Positions 57,881-64,000 of a stretch of DNA of 64,000 nucleotides are shown in pieces (the first letter of the stretch is position 1; each line of letters starts with the position of its first letter). Where the stretch lies: the NCBI RefSeq assembly GCF_009914755.1, contig NC_060927.1. One strand, given 5' to 3'. A program made the translations under genes and the position numbers. This stretch comes from the human T2T-CHM13v2.0 reference genome, Homo sapiens. Below the pieces are notes generated by a model that ran no database searches, was not told where the DNA came from, and worked only from the letters and a program-made list of their open reading frames with translations.

Positions 57881-59859
57881 TCTACCAACAGGGCTCCATG
57901 AATATTAATACATTTGCATGCAAATGGATACTTCATAGTTAACTTTTATGTGGAAAAATACATGTTTGTTGAATAAAAGAATGGATACTGTAACAGAACT
58001 AATTCAAAGGTTGAATAATTTTAAAGCATTTAATATTCTTTTAAGTGGAAGAGGAACTGCATATTTAAAATCTATAAAAGACAAAGCTATTATTTCAAAA
58101 TAATAAACAGCTAACATTTAATCAGAATAGAACAGGGAAAAGAAAACAACATATATCAAGTACTTGCAATGTACAAGTTGCACTTACATGTTATCAACTT
58201 AAGGTTTTGAAACTAAATGAGTTTTGGGATGTGAAACAAATCCCCGCCCCCACGCCCCCACCATCCACCCCCACCCTGCCCCGTCACACAGCTATTTTGT
58301 GACAGAGCAGAAATTTACTCATAGGCTCTATGACTCCCATGCCTGGATATGTTGCCTTTACTACCCTACAGTATTTCAAAACTCCAAGTCTTGAACAATT
58401 CTGCTTATAGATTTTAAATCAAGTTTCATTGTGCTTTTGTTACACATCCTGTCAACATTGTGTTGATTCAATTAATTATTCGTGGTGTTCTTCGTTCAAT
58501 CCAATTTAACTCAAACAATATTTATTAACTTCCTTCTGTGTTTTGGGCACTATATCCTATGTGCTGGGCAGAAGTAAAAAGATAGATTCATTTGTATCCT
58601 GAATGGGAAACACACACTCAGATTTAACTCCAATTGAAGGGACTATAATGAAAATTTCTTAAACAGATGGACAAAGTGCTTTATGAAGTGTTGTACATGT
58701 GTGTTTGTATATAGTAAGCATACTGACTGGTGTGTGTGTATGCATATGAAAAATCAGCACCATAAATTTATAGTTGTCCTATATGCATATCACGTATATG
58801 TAAATATATGCATATAAATGCTATTGTGTAATTTTAGTAGGTTCCTTAAATTTTATCCCCTGTGACTGTGAAGCTTAAAGTGTTTATAGCCTGCTTGTAC
58901 ATAACTCAAAAACTTATACATGCTTTATATATATATTTCTCATGATGATGATAGTGGCAATAATCTAAACATGGCTAAAGATTTTGGAAACAATAAAAAC
59001 AGAAGGAACAACAACAACAAAAAATAAATAAAGGCTTTACTGGCAAAATTTTTAAGAGAAGAGACTTTCTCACAAAGACTTGAGATTTTCTAACACGTTC
59101 ATTTTTTATTTCAGACTTGGCACATTGTATAAGCATGCCTTATTTGTCAAATTCCAAATTTATAACTCTCCCTTCCTATTCTCTAGTCTCAAATTAATTT
59201 TCTCTGTCATACCTCAAAGAAATTCAGAAAAAAATGCTATTACAGTGCTCCATTTGTCCTGACATACAGAAATGGTGAGTTTATAATAGTCATTTTACCC
59301 AGCTAATCTCTTCAGAACATTTGTTCTTTAGTCATTGTGAAATTCACATATAAAAGCAGGTCACTTGCAGTCTGACCTTAAAAAGTCTTAGTAATGGGCT
59401 GCACGTTTTTCTTTTGGATGTTGTCTCTCTTCCAATGTCCTTTGTAAGAGATGGTCCTAAGTCAGAAGTCATGAGCTTGTGTCCAGACAATTGGACAACT
59501 ACTTCTTTTTAAAATCCCCTTTGCAAATTGAGCTATATGCATGCAAGACTTCCATAAGCAAAAAATAAAACGTAACTTAAATAACATTACTTAAAGTAAC
59601 TTAATAAGCAGAACTAGCCTCCTTCTCCCTAAAGCAAAGAGGATGGATGGAAGAGTCAAAAAGAGACCTTTATTTTTTTTTTTTAATAAAGAACCAACAT
59701 AAGATACAAAAGAACAGTATGGTATTTTAGGTTTTAACAGAATTGTTTAAAACCAGGGAATATAGATAAAGAAGACAATTTGCCAGATTGAACCAATGGA
59801 GTGATTTTTTTTTAAAGCTTCTCTAAACTTCTTTGCACTCTGTCAATGGCTCTTGTCCC

Positions 59860-60020
59860 ATCTTCCTTCTGTGATATCTATTTATGAGCTCTTACCTCCT
59901 GTGAGATTTCAAAAATTTATCACGGGCAGAGAGTGGGTCTGATTCAGAACGTTCTTCTTCATTATGCCTTTCACAGCACTTTATACATAGTAGGTGTCCG
60001 GTAAGTGAGGATTGATTGGC
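59860..60020 (+). mobile_element. L2 3' end
   Basis: GGGCAGAGAGTGGGTCTGATTCA...CACAGCACTTTATACATAGTAGGTG. Confidence 0.6.
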
Positions 60021-60819
60021 TGCAGGCATGACAAAGGTTGCAAGACACATTATGTTTTATATATTAATTATGTATACATACATATATTTTTAAGGGTTCA
60101 TGAATTTATAATGAGTGATTTCTGTATCCCTGCATAGTGCTGTCAATCAGTTTCAGAGAATCAATTTCGTCCCTAGTTCTTAAAGGAAGACATGCCAATG
60201 GGATGAGAAAGACAGACACATGATTTAATGTTGCCAAATGCATAAGGGTTTCTTAGGTGAAAAGACATTGGCTCATTGTATTAGGAGGGCTGGCCTGATG
60301 GAACCAAGTCACATGGTGTTCATGCTCATGTCAGGCAGCTGCTGTCAACATTCCTGTGAAAGATGCTGGCAGTCTCCCTCTTGAGATGCCAACTCCATTT
60401 AATTAGCTTTCAGACAAGGCAATTTCACCGAATCGTTTTATACACTGAGGCTCTTTTCAAAGCCTCAGCTTTGAGTTCTGGGTCTTCAAAGGTAACTAGC
60501 TTTAAAAAGTGTTGATTATTTAACATAAATGGAGTATGAAAAGCATTAGTGGCATAACCCACGTGAAAAAATGATTACAGTAATTTAAATAAAATTGTCT
60601 TTTTTTGTCTTTCTCGAGGGGAAGTCAACTTGTTTAATTAAACCTTAATGCAATATTAGGTAGAGGCTCAGAGTTAACATTTTGAAGTCTAGTAATAAAG
60701 ATACTGACTATCTCTGTATTACATGTATATAAGCAAATAACAAAGCCAAAACTGCAAGGCTACATGCAGGCTTGTGACAGAACAAGACTACACTGAAGCA
60801 ACATCATGATGAGAACCTA

Positions 60820-61035
60820 GTGTGGCACTCCTGGATTCAGCTTCCATTGCTGACAATTGCTATATGTATTTGCCCTCCGGGAAAGTCACATCACTCAATC
60901 TGAGCTTCATCTTAAAATGAGAATAATAATTTCTGCCTTTTTACCTTTCTTACATAGTAGTTTTAAGGGTCATATTACAGGTGATAATGCTTTGTAAGGC
61001 ATATTGAAGTACATCAACATAAAGAATTGTAATTA
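60820..61035 (+). mobile_element. MIR
   Basis: AAGTCACATCACTCAATCTGAGCTTCATCTTAAAATGAGAATAATAAT. Confidence 0.7.
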
Positions 61036-61399
61036 TTACAACAACTTCATGAACAAACCTTTCCCTATTCTTAAATATTAATGTAGAAGCCGACTCCTTA
61101 GCTTCTCTTCACCTGGTTCCTCAGACTTCTCACAATAAATCAGGAAAGCATTTTAAAAACATATATTCTCTGCTGCAATGTTGATCGATCAAAAAGTTTG
61201 TTGAGTGCCTGTGTTAACCAATAAATATATATCAAATACCTATCACATGTTAAAAATTGTGTTTGATTTTGTAGAGACTAAGAATTAGTATTTTCTACCA
61301 GTCCCTTAAAGTGACTGTGGTTTTTCAAGTACAGGAGACAAGTTAGAAATTCATGTTGATTTGAGGAGGTGGGGCAGGAGCTTTCATTTTGTTTCCATA

Positions 61400-61600
61400 T
61401 AATGCACTGAACACTATGTATGTGCTTTGAATGTATTATTCCATTTATAATAACTTACCTTTTGAGATAGAGGTTTTTAAATCTCCATTTTTCATGTATG
61501 AACACTGAGCCATAGAGAGAAGTGAAATAACATATTCCAGAACCCACAGCTCATCAATCAGAAAGTTGGAAATTCAACCCAAGCCAGAGCATGAGCAAAT
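61400..61600 (-). mobile_element. MIR
   Basis: CTCCATTTTTCATGTATGAACACTGAG...ATTCAACCCAAG. Confidence 0.65.
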
Positions 61601-61699
61601 GATGGGAAAGGCTGTCTAAGTATAGCAGGGCCTCATGGGAGCAATCCCTTCCTCTTCTGTTTTCTGTGGCTTCACTTCCACGTCTTCCACAACTCTGCT

Positions 61700-61723
61700 T
61701 TCTCTCTCTCTCTCTCTCTCTCT
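61700..61723 (+). repeat. (TC)n microsatellite
   Basis: Short perfect TC run. Confidence 0.9.
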
Positions 61724-62834
61724 CCAACCCCCCAGCACACCCTCCCCATCGTTTTCTCCCCTCCTTTCCTCTCTCTCTTTATCCAGTAGTTTGCTTCACA
61801 ATAAATTCTTCATTTAAATGTTGCTTTGTAGATGGTGGTTTCATACGAGCTCATTTATCCTCATAGAATATTTGATATCACAAAGGGAATGGGAGCTCTT
61901 TCATAATTTTTACAGTTTGACAAATTGAGAGATGTTAAATAACATATCAGAAACATATAACACATTTTGTTAAGATCAGATTTAAGTATCAGTTATCACA
62001 AATTACTTAGCAAAGAAAAAATAAATGAGCATTTATTGAATGAATAAATACTCAAAGCATGTATTAATATTCTCTAAAAATTACTTATTACAAAGACTAT
62101 ATATATCAAATCATATTTTTCTGTTGATGTCCATTACAAAATTGGAGATACATTCCAACAGAAAATACTTTTTGCAGCATTAGATATGAACACATACAAA
62201 AGAAAATTACTAACCTCATAAAATCTCACATCTAGAAGAAAAAACTCATCAGTATAGCATTAATAATAATATTAAAAACAAATCACAAGTTAGAAATACT
62301 AAAACAGAAAATCATAAATGATACCCTTCATTTTCTATCTTTGCGATTTCCTATACTGATAGCTCATGGTTTAGCTTTTAGTTTATTGCTTTGTTTTTAT
62401 CCCAAACTAAATACTGTGTTTTGATTTTTCTTTTCAAATACGTAACAAATTACTTATTGTTTCAGTTTTCTATGGAAAAAAGAATATTTATACTTAATGC
62501 TTTCCCATAAGAGAAAAGATATTCAAACTCCCTTTATGGAGGTGTACTGCCAATTTTCTTTCTTTTATAAATAACATTATTGTAGAATAATATAAAAATG
62601 AAACATCACAGAATTTACATACAATCCTACCATCTTAACACTTTACTCCTTATCATTTTTATATACAGCTGCATGGCTATAAATATAAGGGTCTTGAATT
62701 TTATTTTAAAATTTAAATATAAGAATTTTTATATGCATAATTATAATTTTTAATGGTTGCATAATACTCTACCACATGATGTCCCAAATTGACTAAATCA
62801 TTTTTCTACTTTCTCACAAAATCAGATTACGATT

Positions 62835-63830
62835 TTTTAAAATTGTGGTAAAATACACATAGAATAAAATTTGCTATCTTAACCATTTTTAAGTGTACGG
62901 TTTAATAAGTTTAAATTAATTTTAAGTTTTTTCAATAATACATGTAAAAATATCCTTTCTTGTCTACGTTCACATTGTTGTACAATCAATCTTTAGAACT
63001 CTTTTCATCTTGCAACCCTATCCACTGGACAATAACTTCTCATTACCCCCTTCCCCAAGCCCTTGGCAATCACCATTCCATTTTCTGTCTGTATGAATTT
63101 CAGTACTCTAGGTACCTCATATAATTGGAACCAAACAATATTTGTCTCTTTGTGAGTGGCTTATTTCATTTAGTATGATGTTTTCAAAGTTCATCCGTGT
63201 TGTAACATGTGTCAGAATCTCCTCCCTTGTAAAGGTTGAATAATATTCCATTGTATGTGTATACCACAATTTGTTTATCCATTCTTCTGCTGATGAACAC
63301 TTGTGTTGTCTCTAATTTCGGCTATTGGAAATAGTCCTGCTATGAACATGGGTGTACCGATATCTCTTTGAGAACTTGCTTTCAATTTTTTGAGTATTTC
63401 CTTAGAACCAAAACTGATGAACCATATAGTAATTCTATTTTCAATTTTTAGAGGAATTACCATACCCTTTTCCTTAGAGGCTACACCATTTTATGTACCA
63501 TGAACAGTGCACAAGAGTTCCAATTTCTTCACATTGTCAACAATACTTGTTATTTTATTTCTTTTTATTTTATTTTTCAAATATTAACCATTGTATTGAG
63601 TATGAAGTAGTGTCTCATTATGTTTTTAATTTGCATTTCCTTAATGATTCATGATATTGAGCTTCTTTTCACATGCTTATTGGCTATTGCCATGTTTTTT
63701 TTGTTTGTTTGGTTGGTTGGTTTTTTTGAAAACACTAAGTCTGTTCAAGTCCTTTGCCCATTGTTTAATCAAGTTATTTGTATTTGTGCTGTTGAGTTAT
63801 GGGAGTTTTTATATATCTGGTTATTGGCAC
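62835..63830 (-). mobile_element. L1MB/late-L1MA 3' portion, flanked by older L1M remnants
   Basis: AATTGTGGTAAAATACACATA...AACCATTTTTAAGTGTAC...AATATTCCATTGTATGTGTATACCACA...TTGCATTTCCTTAATGATT; ORFs at 63275-63902 are L1-derived. Confidence 0.88.
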
Positions 63831-64000
63831 CTGGTCAACATTGTTTTTGCAGTGAATATCTATGTTAATACATTTTCCTCTTGGTTTGAATTATTATTTT
63901 AAGTACATTGCCAGGATTGTAATTTCTGGTTTGAAAAATATGTTTTGAAGATCTTGACTTATTTGCCAAATTGCTTCTTCAAAGAATTGTGTCTAATAAC

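Overview
Primate, most likely human, genomic DNA. The left 12 kb holds four coding exons of TMEM207 on the minus strand (12051-12125, 10106-10143, 3754-3798, 2560-2705). All have GT-AG boundaries and matching phases, and none appears in the ORF track; the last exon lies left of the window. From memory TMEM207 is on 3q28 between CLDN16 and IL1RAP, so the other ~52 kb would be intergenic. It is dominated by interspersed repeats: L1, L2, MIR, Alu, MaLR/ERVL LTRs, hAT and TcMar DNA transposons, and one SVA. Four structures stand out: (1) an SVA carrying a ~940-bp 3' transduction bounded by a 16-bp TSD; (2) a nested stack, L1ME > full-length L1MA > MST LTR, MADE1 and SVA; (3) two template-switch scars, a ~245-bp inverted copy at 16.3 kb and a 53-bp fold-back plus a 45-bp segment copied from 3.3 kb away at 22.7 kb; (4) a very young AluYd-lineage insertion. 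I see no evidence of a new protein-coding system. Repeat subfamily names come from recalled consensus sequences and old-repeat boundaries are approximate.
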